Shown here: one piece after another, positions 52,933 to 64,000 of the stretch
Position numbering within the stretch: position 1 is the first letter of the stretch
How the letters are laid out: each line of letters starts with the position of its first letter
DNA from: Nitrospirota bacterium
GTDB lineage: Bacteria > Nitrospirota > UBA9217
DNA: 64,000 bases
Assembly: GCA_963754875.1 (NCBI GenBank)
Contig: CAVWHO010000015.1
Location: 64,001 to 128,000 of the forward strand
Direction of reading: 5' to 3'
Made by a program: the position numbers and the translations under genes
Notes under the pieces: model-generated
The model's input: only the letters and a program-made list of their open reading frames with translations
What the model was told of the DNA's origin: nothing
Database searches by the model: none

Positions 52933-53994
52933 TTAATATCTAAGGAGGCTGATGATTTCCGCTTCTCGTTTCATGACATATTTTGCAATGCTCTCTTCAT
53001 CCCACGGGTGCGGCCTGATCTCTGCGCCATAATGGATCCCTTCCATGCTTTCCTTCTTATAGCGGAAGATGCCGGTCGTGAGAATGATCATGTCAGGATC
53101 GGGCAGCTGTATGGTGAGGCTGAAGACGCTGTCAACGGGGAAATGGCGAGGACAGATAAAAGCGATGCCCCTCGTGCTGATGTCGATGACCTTACACGCG
53201 GTCGTCGGTTCCCCGGGAGCGAAGACATACAGCGCTACGGGTTTCTTCTTGTTCGGCTGAATTCGGATGTCTTTTTTTATGAACAGGCGGTCCGGCAGCG
53301 AGGCGTGAATTTCCGTGTCCGAGGTCATCTGAATATCGACGATCGCTTCGTGGTTGAGCTGACGGAAGGTATAATATAATTTGAGTGGACTTCCTTTTTT
53401 CATGGCCTGAAGAAAAATCGCCTGTTTAAAACGGTTCAGAACGATGGAATCGTCCATGATCGCTTTTATTGCGCATATCCCGCGCGCGGCGACCGGCACA
53501 CCGTGTTCCTGGATATCCATGGCCACGATGACCGGAATTCCTTCCTTCTGGAGGTAGGCCAACTGCTTGCGGATGGTGGCGGCGTCCTCAACCGGTTTTG
53601 TATCTGCCGGAAGAATGGACGGAGCGAGAGGCGGAAGCACCGGAGGTAAGGAAACACGGTAATGCCGCGCCGTGAACAGGATATAGTGGACGATGTCGTA
53701 CACCGCTTCGCTGCCCATTTTTTTCAAATCCAGGACAAGGGCATTGAAGCGCTGCAGATCGGGCTCATACATGATCGGTTCGGGTGAAATGATGAGGATC
53801 GGGCTGACAATGCCCCGCTCCCTGGCCTCGGCGAGAAAGTTCAGATAATCATCATCGATGCCGACGACCGCGATATCGTCGGGCTCGGCATGGTGGAGAA
53901 ATATTTTTTTTATTTCATGGTCCGGCAGCAGCCGGACCGGTAGTTCCTCGATGGTAAAGAATTCACTGAGTTTTGGCGTGGTCCAAATCTGCAT
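52933..53994 (-). CDS. PilZ-domain protein with degenerate receiver-like N-terminus
   Basis: KKDIR, DISTRG, C-terminal IAKYVMKREAEII. Confidence 0.7.
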   Translation of the reverse strand: MQIWTTPKLSEFFTIEELPVRLLPDHEIKKIFLHHAEPDDIAVVGIDDDYLNFLAEARERGIVSPILIISPEPIMYEPDLQRFNALVLDLKKMGSEAVYDIVHYILFTARHYRVSLPPVLPPLAPSILPADTKPVEDAATIRKQLAYLQKEGIPVIVAMDIQEHGVPVAARGICAIKAIMDDSIVLNRFKQAIFLQAMKKGSPLKLYYTFRQLNHEAIVDIQMTSDTEIHASLPDRLFIKKDIRIQPNKKKPVALYVFAPGEPTTACKVIDISTRGIAFICPRHFPVDSVFSLTIQLPDPDMIILTTGIFRYKKESMEGIHYGAEIRPHPWDEESIAKYVMKREAEIISLLRY

Positions 53995-54091
53995 ACACTA
54001 TTGTAGCATATATCGACGACGGCATAAAGTATTTTACGCGGCACGAATTGACTCACAATAAATGTTACCCAAGCGCATTTTGAAAAGTATC

Positions 54092-55349
54092 GTTGACTCA
54101 TAATGCATGTTACCGGAACTATACCCCAAAAGGAGGGTTAGTTCTGATGAGCCCACGATCAAAACGAGAGTATCTGGCCGCAATCGTTAAACGGTACCGG
54201 GCCGCCTCCCGGCAGATAAAGACAACGATCCTGAACGAGTTCTGTTTAGCCTGCGGATATCACCGAAAACATGCTCTCAGGCTTCTGCGGACCTTTCGGC
54301 GATTTACTCAAAAGGTTCCGGCTAAGCGAGGCAGAAAACGGGTCTATGACGCTGAAACGCTTCTACTTCCCTTGAAACGCATCTGGAAGACAGCAAATCT
54401 GCCATGCTCAAAGCGCCTGAAAGCCATCCTCCCTGAATGGCTGCCGGGATATATCAAGACCTATGGCCCGATCTCTGAGGTGACGGCAGTGGCCCTGCTC
54501 AAAATATCTCCTTCGAGCATCGATAGGATATTGAACCCGGTCCGTGCACAGTATACCAAGCACGGCAGGGCCACAACCAAACCGGGTACGCTTTTAAGAA
54601 AGCATATCCAGGTCAAAACCAATCAATGGGATGAATCCCGGCCAGGCTTCATCGAAGCCGATACTGTAGCCCACTGCGGAAGCTCTACAGAGGGTATGTA
54701 CGCCAATACCGTCGATTGCGTGGACATCGCCACCGGCTGGACCGAGCAGCGCGCTGTTTGGGGCAAAAACTATCAGGGTGTCATTGACCAGATCAAGGAT
54801 ATCGAACAATCCCTGCCGTTCCCGATCCTGGGCTTTGATACGGACAACGGTACGGAGTTCTTAAACCATCACCTGCTTCGTTATCTGACCGAGAACAGGG
54901 TCCGGCCGGTTCAATTTACCCGAAGCCGTGCCTACAAAAAAGACGATAACGCTCATATCGAGCAGAAGAACTGGACCCATGTGAGACAATGGATTGGCTA
55001 CGATCGCTTGGGCTCTCCGGAGGTTGTTCCTCTCATGAATGAGCTCTACACATCAGAGTGGAGGCTGTTTCTGAACTTCTTCTGTCCTTCGGTAAAGCTG
55101 CTGGAAAAGAAACGAGTTGCCTCAAAGATCGTGAAACGCTATGATAAGCCCAAAACCCCTTATCGGAGAATCTTGGAGTCTCCCAATGTCTCCGATGAAA
55201 CAAAGCGTAAACTCAAAGAACAATATAAAACGCTAAACCCATTTGAACTGAGAAAAGTCTTGGAGGTTAAGCTTAAAAAGATCTTCAAACCGTAAAACTG
55301 AACCTATACCTACTTACTATCTTCCGGTAACATTTAATTATGAAGCAAC
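54092..55349 (+). mobile_element. Insertion sequence (integrase-core DDE, ISNCY-type)
   Basis: ~27-bp IRs gttgactcataatgcatgttaccggaa / ttccggtaacatttaattatgaagcaac. An extra IR-like copy lies at 54048-54070. Confidence 0.8.
54147..55295 (+). CDS. Transposase, integrase core domain
   Basis: GFIEADTVAHCG, FDTDNGTEF, DNAHIEQKN; RBS AGGAGG. Confidence 0.9.
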   Translation: MSPRSKREYLAAIVKRYRAASRQIKTTILNEFCLACGYHRKHALRLLRTFRRFTQKVPAKRGRKRVYDAETLLLPLKRIWKTANLPCSKRLKAILPEWLPGYIKTYGPISEVTAVALLKISPSSIDRILNPVRAQYTKHGRATTKPGTLLRKHIQVKTNQWDESRPGFIEADTVAHCGSSTEGMYANTVDCVDIATGWTEQRAVWGKNYQGVIDQIKDIEQSLPFPILGFDTDNGTEFLNHHLLRYLTENRVRPVQFTRSRAYKKDDNAHIEQKNWTHVRQWIGYDRLGSPEVVPLMNELYTSEWRLFLNFFCPSVKLLEKKRVASKIVKRYDKPKTPYRRILESPNVSDETKRKLKEQYKTLNPFELRKVLEVKLKKIFKP

Positions 55350-55440
55350 TGGGGCACAAACGCGTCTGCGGCAGGTCTTCCCGAAGGGCACACACCCCGT
55401 GCATATCGCAGGGAACGGTTCGGATGCCGCAGCCGGGGGA

Positions 55441-55935
55441 TTATTGCTGATTTTTTTTGCTCGACAATCGTGGCCAGGCGTCGCGTGAGTGCTGCGGCCT
55501 TACGCGGCTCCATGACCGCGATGATCGCTCCGGCTTTTTTGCTTTTCATGCGGGTCATGATGCGTAGTGCCGTATCGTTGTCCATGGCGGAAATCCGCGC
55601 TGCCGCGTCTTCCGGAGGCATCACCTCATAGGCCTTGACCACGTTCTCGATCTTATCGCCTTTCACCTGCTCTACGCGTTTGAGCACGTGCTTCCATACG
55701 GGCCAGCAGCCGCGTATAGGTCTCGATCCTGGCTTCGACCTCTTTTTTCAACGCATTCAGTCTCACTTCATCGCGTTTGAGCGCTTCTTCTTTTTCCTTC
55801 AGCTCGACGCGCTTGGCTTCTATGACTTTGACCGGATCGTCCTGGGCAATGGCCGCAGATGCAATAAAACACAGACGGCGGCAAGAGACTAGCAGGAAAC
55901 AGAATGTGTCCGTTGTTCACTGCGACTGCTGTCAT
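55441..55935 (-). CDS. MotE/MgtE_N-like flagellar protein (frameshifts; ends approximate)
   Basis: Signal peptide, coiled coil, YEVMPPEDAA, MKSKKAGAIIAVMEPRKAAALT; follows fliJ. Confidence 0.7.
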
Positions 55936-56406
55936 TCCGGCTTCTGCTCCCTGCTGTTCATTCTTCTCATGTTCCCGGCCTTTCTGCAGAGAAACGTAAA
56001 GTCTGCTTCCTTCTGCTCGCCTGCGACGATCTCTTTGTCCTGCTCGTGGACGATCTTGTCGTGCAGTTTTTCAAAGAGGCGCTGTTCCTTAAAGGCCTCC
56101 ACCATGGCTTTCTGTTTCTGATCCACTTCCGCGGCGCGAACTGCGACAACGCTCTTCTGTTGGTCGATCTGCTTGGCGAGGTGTTTTAAATAGGTATCGA
56201 ACAGCTCGATCTCGGTCGCCTGGATGGCGCCCACCTGTTTCCGCGCAAGGTCGGCGCTCGTTTTTTTATACTCCCGGTCCAGCTCGTCGAGCTTCAGCCT
56301 GCTCGGCGTTCAGCCGCTCCTGCGCCTTCCTGACCTCTGCTTCGAGCTGCTCTTTGTTGAATTCCTTGATCTCGATGATCTTGGACACCATCTTTTCTTT
56401 CGTCAT
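55932..56406 (-). CDS. fliJ: Flagellar export chaperone FliJ (frameshifts)
   Basis: Coiled coil, EQRLFEKL, EQKEAD; directly after fliI. Confidence 0.75.
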
Positions 56407-57726
56407 GGTTTGCCCCCCGCGTTCTCAAACAGGAGGTAGAGGCCCTGCAGGCTGTCGGCAAAATCGCGCCGCTCGTTCATTCCCTGCTTGAGGTACGTCC
56501 GAAGCTTGTCGTAGAGTCTTGATTGCCTGGTCCACTTTCGGATTGGAGCCTTCCTTGTAAGCGCCGAGGTTGATCATGTCTTCCACTTTCTTGTAGGTTG
56601 CCATGGTTTCCACGAACCGCGAGGCAAGTTCCTTGTGTCGTGCGTCCACGATATCGGGCATGAGCCTGCTGATGCTCTGGAGCACGTCGATCGCCGGGTA
56701 ATGGCTTTCCATGGCCAGCTCGCGCGACAGGACGATGTGGCCGTCGAGAATCGACCGGGCCGAATCTGCCACGGGATCGGACATGTCGTCGCCTTCCACG
56801 AGCACCGTGTACAGGCCGGTGATGCTGCCGCTTTCCCTCGGAGGTGCCGACCCGCTCGAGGAGCTTGGGAAGCAGCGCAAACACGGAGGGCGTGTAGCCC
56901 TTCGAGGTGGGCGGTTCGCCCGTGGCAAGGCCGATCTCGCGCTGCGCCATGGCCACGCGGGTCAGGGAATCCATGAGCAGCAGCACGTCGCTTCCCCTGG
57001 TCCCGGAAATATTCTGCAATGGCCGTCGCGGCGAGGGCGCCCCGCACTTTGGCCAGCGGCGGCTGTTCGGACGTCGAGACGACGATCACCGATTTTTTTA
57101 TGCCTTCTTCGCCCAGGTCCTTCTCGATGAACTCGCGCACTTCCCGTCCGCGCTCGCCGATCATCGCGATCACGTTCACCGACGCCGCCGTATACCGCGC
57201 CATCATCCCGAGCAGCACGCTCTTGCCCACGCCGGAGCCCGCCATGATCCCGATGCGCTGTCCCTTGCCGCAGGTCAGAAGGCCGTTGATCGAACGGATG
57301 CCGAGGTCGATCGGCTGGGAGATCCGCTGCCGCTTCAAGGGGTGCGGCGTAAGGGAGTACAGCGGGTATTCCCTGCCCACGATGGGTCCCTTCCCGTCGA
57401 TGGGCTCCCCGCGGTCGTTGATCACCCGTCCGATGAGCGCCTGGGACACGCGCACGGAAACCTTTTTCCCGATGGGCAGGACCCTGCTGCCGGCCTTGAT
57501 CTCGGAGAGATCTCCGACGGCCATGAGCAGCACTTTCCCGTCCCGGAAGCCGACGACTTCGGCGTCGAGTTCAACGTGCTCGGAAAGGATCCGGCACGAT
57601 TCGCCGATGCTCGCCTTCACTCCCGTTGCCTTGATGATGATGCCCGGTGATCTCGATGACCCGTCCGTAGACCTTCATCGGCTCGGTTTCGGGGACGGCC
57701 TTGATATAGGAAGACAGATCAATCAT
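56403..57726 (-). CDS. fliI: Flagellar export ATPase (frameshifts)
   Basis: [38 protein letters not shown]. Confidence 0.92.
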
Positions 57727-57797
57727 GGTTTAATCCCGATGGACGACAAGCGATCATTCGCTTCGCTCACGGTGACGATGGGCGTATTCGTTCACTG

Positions 57798-57830
57798 CTC
57801 GTCTCGTCCCTCGTCTCTCGTCCCTCGTCC
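57798..57830. repeat. Intergenic heptamer tandem repeat (CTCGTCY)
   Basis: ctcgt ctcgtcc ctcgtct ctcgtcc ctcgtcc. Confidence 0.7.
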
Positions 57831-57849
57831 TTCTCTCTTTCTCACATTC

Positions 57850-58438
57850 TTACCCCTGGGCATGGTGCGCGCTCAGGTCCTTGATCAGGTTCTTCAACTG
57901 CTCGTCCAGGTCGGTCACCACGTCCTCCACCGGCCCCATCACGACGGTGCCGAACGGGGAAACCGAGGGATCGACATCAAATACGATGTCGGGATGGATC
58001 CGCGTCAGATCGGGCTTGTGCTTCATGAAAAACTCGTAGAGCGCGGGGTTCACCTTGATCGTGATCTGCCCCGTCCGCTCGAGCTTCAGGAGCCCCTCTT
58101 TCGTCATCTTGACGATCTCCGTCGGCTGGACGGTCAGTTCCTTCACGACGATCTTCCGTGCGATGCTGACGGAAAGTTCGACGCATTGCGTCTCCATTTC
58201 CTTCAGCGATCCGCTGTCGCAGCGTCGTGACGTCGGCCAGCAGGGCGTCCAGCTTGTCGATCAGCACCTTCGCTTTCTTTTCGCCCATGTCGAAGCCGGC
58301 TTTTTCGCCCGTCGCATACCCTTTCTCGTAGGCTTCCCGCTCGATGCGGTCCGCGCCGTGGCCCACGATAAAATCATCCTTGAGCGCCGGCATATCGAAA
58401 CGGGCGAGTGCCGCGTCCTGTCTGATCCGTTTAGACAA
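57850..58438 (-). CDS. fliH: Flagellar assembly protein FliH (frameshift near 58200)
   Basis: EAYEKGYATGEKAG, SIARKIV, IKVNP; between fliG and fliI. Confidence 0.8.
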
Positions 58439-59415
58439 CAACTTCTTCACCGCCTCTCCCGGCAAGGACGATCTTGCCGTCCGTCTCCAGTTTCCTGGCG
58501 ACCTTCACGATGTTCTGCTGCGCCTTTTCCACGTCGGACAGCTTGACCGGTCCCCGCGTCTGCATGTCTTCCTTCAGGATCTGCGCCGCGCGCTGAGACA
58601 TATTCTTGAAGATCTTCTCTTTGAGCGCCTCCGACGCCGTCTTGAGCGCCAGTGCCAGTTCATCGGTCCCCGTCTCCTTCAGGATCATCTGAATGCCGCG
58701 GTCGTCCACCTTGACCAGGTCGTCGAACACGAACATGAGTTTTCGGATCGAGTCGGCAAGTATGTTGTTCTGCTCGTCGATCCTGCCCAGGACCGATTGC
58801 TCCGTGGACCGGTCGCACTGGTTCAGGATCTCGGCGATGGCCTTGGTGCCGCCCATGCGCAGGCCTTTGCTCTTGCCCATTTCGAGCTGCCCTTTCAGCA
58901 CTTCTTTGAGCTCTTCGATGGCGTGCTCCGGGATCCGGTCGGTCGAAGCGATCCGCATCGCGACGTCGGACTTGATGGTGTCCGGCAGGGCGGAGAGCAC
59001 TTCCGCGGCCTGCTGGGGTTCGAGCAGACAGATGATGAGCGCGATGGTCTGGGGATGTTCTGATATGAGGAAGTTGACAAGGGTCTTGGCATCGACCCAG
59101 CGCAGGGATTCGAGCGGCCCCTCTTTGGACGCCAGTTCCATGATCTTCAGCGCGCCGTCCTCGCCCAGTCCTTTCGAAAGGACTTTTTTAACGAATTCGG
59201 CGCCGCCCACGCGGACGTCGCCGCGGTTGACACTTTCCGCCACCTCTTTCAGAACATTATCGATCGTGTCCCGTCGAAAGGGTCTTGAGCCGCGTCATGT
59301 ACATCGTGATCCTGCCGATGTCCTTGACATCGAGACCTTTCAGGACTTCGGCTGCCGCATCTTCGCCGAGGGAGCTCAAAAATACCGCGGCTTTTTCATA
59401 ACCACTCAAAGGCAT
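58431..59415 (-). CDS. fliG: Flagellar motor switch protein (frameshift near 59270)
   Basis: SGYEKAAVFL, EHPQTIAL, MFVFDDL, NMSQRAA. Confidence 0.93.
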
Positions 59416-59483
59416 GCCCCACTCCTTACCCGGCTCTCTTTGTCGCTGTACTCTGAACCCTGTATACTTTGAACTCTGCACTA

Positions 59484-61031
59484 TTATTTCTCTTCCAGCC
59501 ATCCCTTGATGAGGTTCGTCGCATCTTTCGGATTCTTCTTGGCCCAATCGGTCAGCTGCTCGCGGGACGACCGGTCCGGGGCCGGGATCGCCCTCTGCAT
59601 GTCGCCGCCTGCAGCCTGCGGCAGGCTGAGCTGCTGTTGCGGCAGGGAGAGCGGCGATGGTTCGGTCAGCGTCTTCATGAGCGGTTTTATGACGAACAAG
59701 AAACAGCAGCACGACCCCGATGAGCGGAACAACATACTTCGAAGCGGTCATCACTGTCGGCATGACCTGTGATGGCGCCTGCGCCTCTTCCATCTCTTCC
59801 TGCGGAACGACCTCAAAGGGCAGATTCACGACCTTGACCTCGTCACCCCGGTCCGCGCTGAAGCCGACCGCCTTCTTTACCATGTCCTCGAACTGCCGCA
59901 CTTCGTCTTCGGTGCGGGGAGCGTACTTTTTCTCCGTTGAGCCCTGTACAGCTGCATAGGTCCCGTCCACGAGCACGACCGCGGAAAGTTTTTTAATCTC
60001 ACCGGTCGGACTGACCACGTGGCTTACGGTCTTGGTGAGCTCATAGTTGATGGTCTCGCTCTTTTTTTCCGATACCGCCGGTGTGCCCGGCAGGGCCGCT
60101 GCGGTCTGCTGCCGCCCCGGAAGGTTCGAGGCAACGCCGGGAACGCCGCCGCTCGTCCCGCCGGTGGATTTTTCCGTGCTCCGCTGCTCGCTCCTCGCCA
60201 CCTGGCTGTCGGGATCGTATTTTTCTTCTGTTTTTTCCGTCTTCGTAAAATCGAAGCTTGCGGCCACCCTCACTTTTACCTTGCCCTTACCCACGACCGG
60301 TTCGAGCATGCTGATGACCTTGGCCTCTACATCGCGTTCGTAGTTCCGCTGATACTCGAACTGGCCGCCGGATTCGGCAAAGTTTTCGTCGACAACGGAC
60401 GTGAGCATATCGCCGTTGTTGTTCACCACGGTCACGTCCTTCGGCGTCAAGCCCTTCGATGCTGCTCGATACGAGATGGACGATGCCCTGGACCTGGGAT
60501 TGCGAGAGCCTTCTGCCCGGCCGGAGCTTCAGGAGCACCGAAGCTTTCGGTTTATCGTCCTTCTGCACAAAGAGCGATTTTTCCGGGACCGCCAGATGGA
60601 CCCGGCACTGCTCGACTTCTGCCAGGGACCGGATCGTCCGCTGGAGTTCTCCCTCGAGGGCCCGGCGATAGTTCAGCTTCTGCACAAAGTCGGTCATCGT
60701 GAAGCTTGTCTTGTCGAAAAGCTCATACCCGACCCCGCCGCCCTGGGGCAGACCCTGGCTCGCCAGCTGAAGCCTGACTTCATACACCTTATCGGCCGGC
60801 ACCATGATCCCGCCTGCTGACGCGGTATAGGGGATCTTCTGCTCGTTCAGCTTCTGGATGATGGCGCCGGCATCTTCCTCGCTCAAATTCGCGAAGAGGA
60901 GCTGCTGGTCCGCCTTCTGCGACCACGTCATCAGAAGGATGCCTGCGGCGCTCACGAGCGCAAGCACGATGAGCAGCGCAAAAATTTTTTTCATCGGTAA
61001 CGTTTCGTATCTGTTCGCCAACGTCTGCCAT
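59484..61031 (-). CDS. fliF: Flagellar M-ring protein (frameshifts)
   Basis: GYELFD, RALEGELQRTI, ASVLL, AVGFSADRGD. Confidence 0.92.
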
Positions 61032-61053
61032 AGCTTCACCTCATACGAAAAGT

Positions 61054-61146
61054 AGTACAGAGTTCATAGTTCAGAGTTCATAGTAAAAATCCCAATCTTG
61101 CGGCTTATACGCTCTACTCTGAACTTTGAACTTTGTACTCTGAACT
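61054..61146. repeat. Intergenic inverted heptamer array
   Basis: agtacag agttcat agttcag agttcat agt ... actctga actttga actttgt actctga act. Confidence 0.8.
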
Positions 61147-61153
61147 AGCTCAT

Positions 61154-61444
61154 TTACACCTGCATGTTCATGACGGTCTGGTACGCGGAGATCAGTTTGT
61201 TCCTGACCTCGACCATAAGCTGAAAATTCATGTCGGCTTTTTCCATGGAGAGGATCGCTTCGGTCGGGTCTCCGCCTGATGCCAGTTCCTTCACTGCCTT
61301 GTCGGCATCGGTCTGCACCTGCGAAATCTTGCCGATCGCCTCCTGCATCATTTCATCAAAGCCCGAAGCCGGTTCTTTTCCCGCCGGCTTGACCTGGGGC
61401 AGCCCCTGGCCCATGCTCGCACCGTTGATCTTAATGTCACTCAT
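61154..61444 (-). CDS. fliE: Hook-basal body protein FliE
   Basis: EVRNKLISAYQTVMNMQV. Confidence 0.92.
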   Translation of the reverse strand: MSDIKINGASMGQGLPQVKPAGKEPASGFDEMMQEAIGKISQVQTDADKAVKELASGGDPTEAILSMEKADMNFQLMVEVRNKLISAYQTVMNMQV

Positions 61445-61495
61445 TTCCCGCCTCCCAACATCTATTCCGCAATCCGAAAATTCCACATTCATTTC

Positions 61496-61909
61496 TTACA
61501 CACTCCCGAGTTCCAGCGTTTTTGAAAACATGGCTTTCGACATGTTGAATGCCGATACGGAGGCCTCGTAGGCCCGCGATGCCATCATCATGTTCACCAT
61601 CTCTTCGATGATATTCACGTTCGGCATCGCCACGAAGCCGTCCTTGTCCGCGTCGGGGTGGGACGGATCGTACTGCATCTTGAAGGGGGAATCGTCCTTC
61701 ACGATGCTGCTCACTTTCACCCCCGTGAGGCCGTCCTGGCCCGATGCCAGGGGGTCCGTGGTAAACACCACGTCCTGCCTGCGATAGGGCCCGCCCTCGG
61801 CCGAACTCGTGGAATGAGCGTTCGCCATGTTGGAAGCAATGACGTTCATCCTCTGCCGTTGTGCCGCGAGCGCTGAAGCGCTTACCGAAAATACTCCGAA
61901 CGAATCCAT
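61496..61909 (-). CDS. flgC: Basal-body rod protein FlgC
   Basis: ASNMANA, GGPYRRQ, YDPSHPDAD, ASRAYEA. Confidence 0.96.
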   Translation of the reverse strand: MDSFGVFSVSASALAAQRQRMNVIASNMANAHSTSSAEGGPYRRQDVVFTTDPLASGQDGLTGVKVSSIVKDDSPFKMQYDPSHPDADKDGFVAMPNVNIIEEMVNMMMASRAYEASVSAFNMSKAMFSKTLELGSV

Positions 61910-62014
61910 TTTGTCACCTCACTGTACCAAGCCGGTGAATCGGAGAACCAGGGACGGGGAGGATGAGCCATCCCTCGATCTCCCGATTCATCGGTTTCCT
62001 GATGCGAAATTTTT

Positions 62015-62383
62015 CTATGCCGTCTTGAGCGCGTTCTTGAACATCTGGATCTTTTTCTTGAGCAGGGTGATCCCCGCTTCGAAGAGCATGGCGTTCTCCG
62101 TCATCTTCGCCACTTCCTGGTCCATTTCCACGTTGTTCTTGTCGGCCCAGGGCTTCGTATCCTCTTCCTGGACCTCGCCGGACGCGTTTCCCCCTGATCC
62201 GGCCTGCAGGTGTCTCGCGTCGGTAATGGTCATGCTCATCTCATTGCCAAGGACCTGGCTGAACTTGACGTCCTTTGCCCGGTAATTCGGCGTATCTACG
62301 TTCGCAATGTTCGAGGTAAGGACGTCGTTCCGTATACTGGCTTGCCGGACAAGCCGTTCCAATACGTTCATGCCGTCAGACAT
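62015..62383 (-). CDS. flgB: Basal-body rod protein FlgB
   Basis: SNIANVDTPNYRAKD, DKNNVEMDQE. Confidence 0.95.
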   Translation of the reverse strand: MSDGMNVLERLVRQASIRNDVLTSNIANVDTPNYRAKDVKFSQVLGNEMSMTITDARHLQAGSGGNASGEVQEEDTKPWADKNNVEMDQEVAKMTENAMLFEAGITLLKKKIQMFKNALKTA

Positions 62384-62406
62384 AGGTCCCTCCTGCTGAC
62401 TTTACA

Positions 62407-62422
62407 ATCAATAACCGTGCCA
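62407..62422 (-). promoter_or_regulatory. sigma54 -24/-12 promoter of the flgB operon (variant -12)
   Basis: TGGCAC-N5-TTGAT upstream of the flgB RBS, next to a sigma54 activator gene. Confidence 0.6.
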
Positions 62423-62554
62423 GAGTGCTGCCTGGGAATGCGGGAATTCGGAGAATCGCGAAATTCGGGAGAAAACCCGGAGTATCATCAGTGTTCAATT
62501 TTTTTCTAAACTCCGCATTTCCCCTCTCTCCGCATTCCGCAGCAGGAATTTCTT

Positions 62555-63861
<1,307 letters not shown>

Positions 63862-64000
63862 CGCTTTGCTCCTTTACTTCCGGGGGCTCCGGTCGACGGG
63901 AAAACACGTTTCCATCTGGTCAATCGTCGGCTAAACTTCCGCGCCAACGCATACTCCCGTCCGCTTCTCCGCGGCCGTTGCTGCTCCGTGATTGGTCCTT

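Noticed and set aside
55366..55432. 8-bp inverted repeat CTGCGGCA/TGCCGCAG enclosing a possible structured RNA
   Set aside because: Short GC-rich stem, no recognisable RNA family and no U-tract.
63862..64000. Possible 3' tail of an upstream sensor kinase gene
   Set aside because: Too short to support any call.

Overview
GC-rich bacterial chromosome segment. A Nitrospirota or deltaproteobacterial origin is inferred from gene style only. The backbone is a flagellar/chemotaxis supercluster: flagellin at the left edge, two MotAB stator pairs, c-di-GMP and two-component signalling genes, a che operon with two CheA and three MCP-like genes, fliJ-I-H-G-F-E, flgC-B and a sigma54 activator. Four sigma28 promoters and one sigma54-like promoter are visible. 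An ~18 kb minus-strand phosphate-starvation island (19194-37156) sits inside it. Six promoters there share one architecture: four 7-bp direct repeats at exact 11-bp spacing, then 9 nt, then a -10 hexamer. They drive pstSCAB-phoU, a REC-HK/CBS-HK/two-receiver cascade, a putative phosphorus-free lipid remodelling operon (PHP phosphoesterase, GT21 glycosyltransferase, OlsF-like acyltransferase, flippase-like protein, His-less pseudokinase), psiE plus a GH1 glycosidase, and several very small proteins, two of them absent from the ORF track. Also present are two IS elements, two deletion scars (one an in-frame MglA-GTPase/GspE chimera) and a family of intergenic heptamer/octamer repeats. Many genes carry single-base frameshifts that are most likely assembly errors; these are called as single genes with approximate ends.
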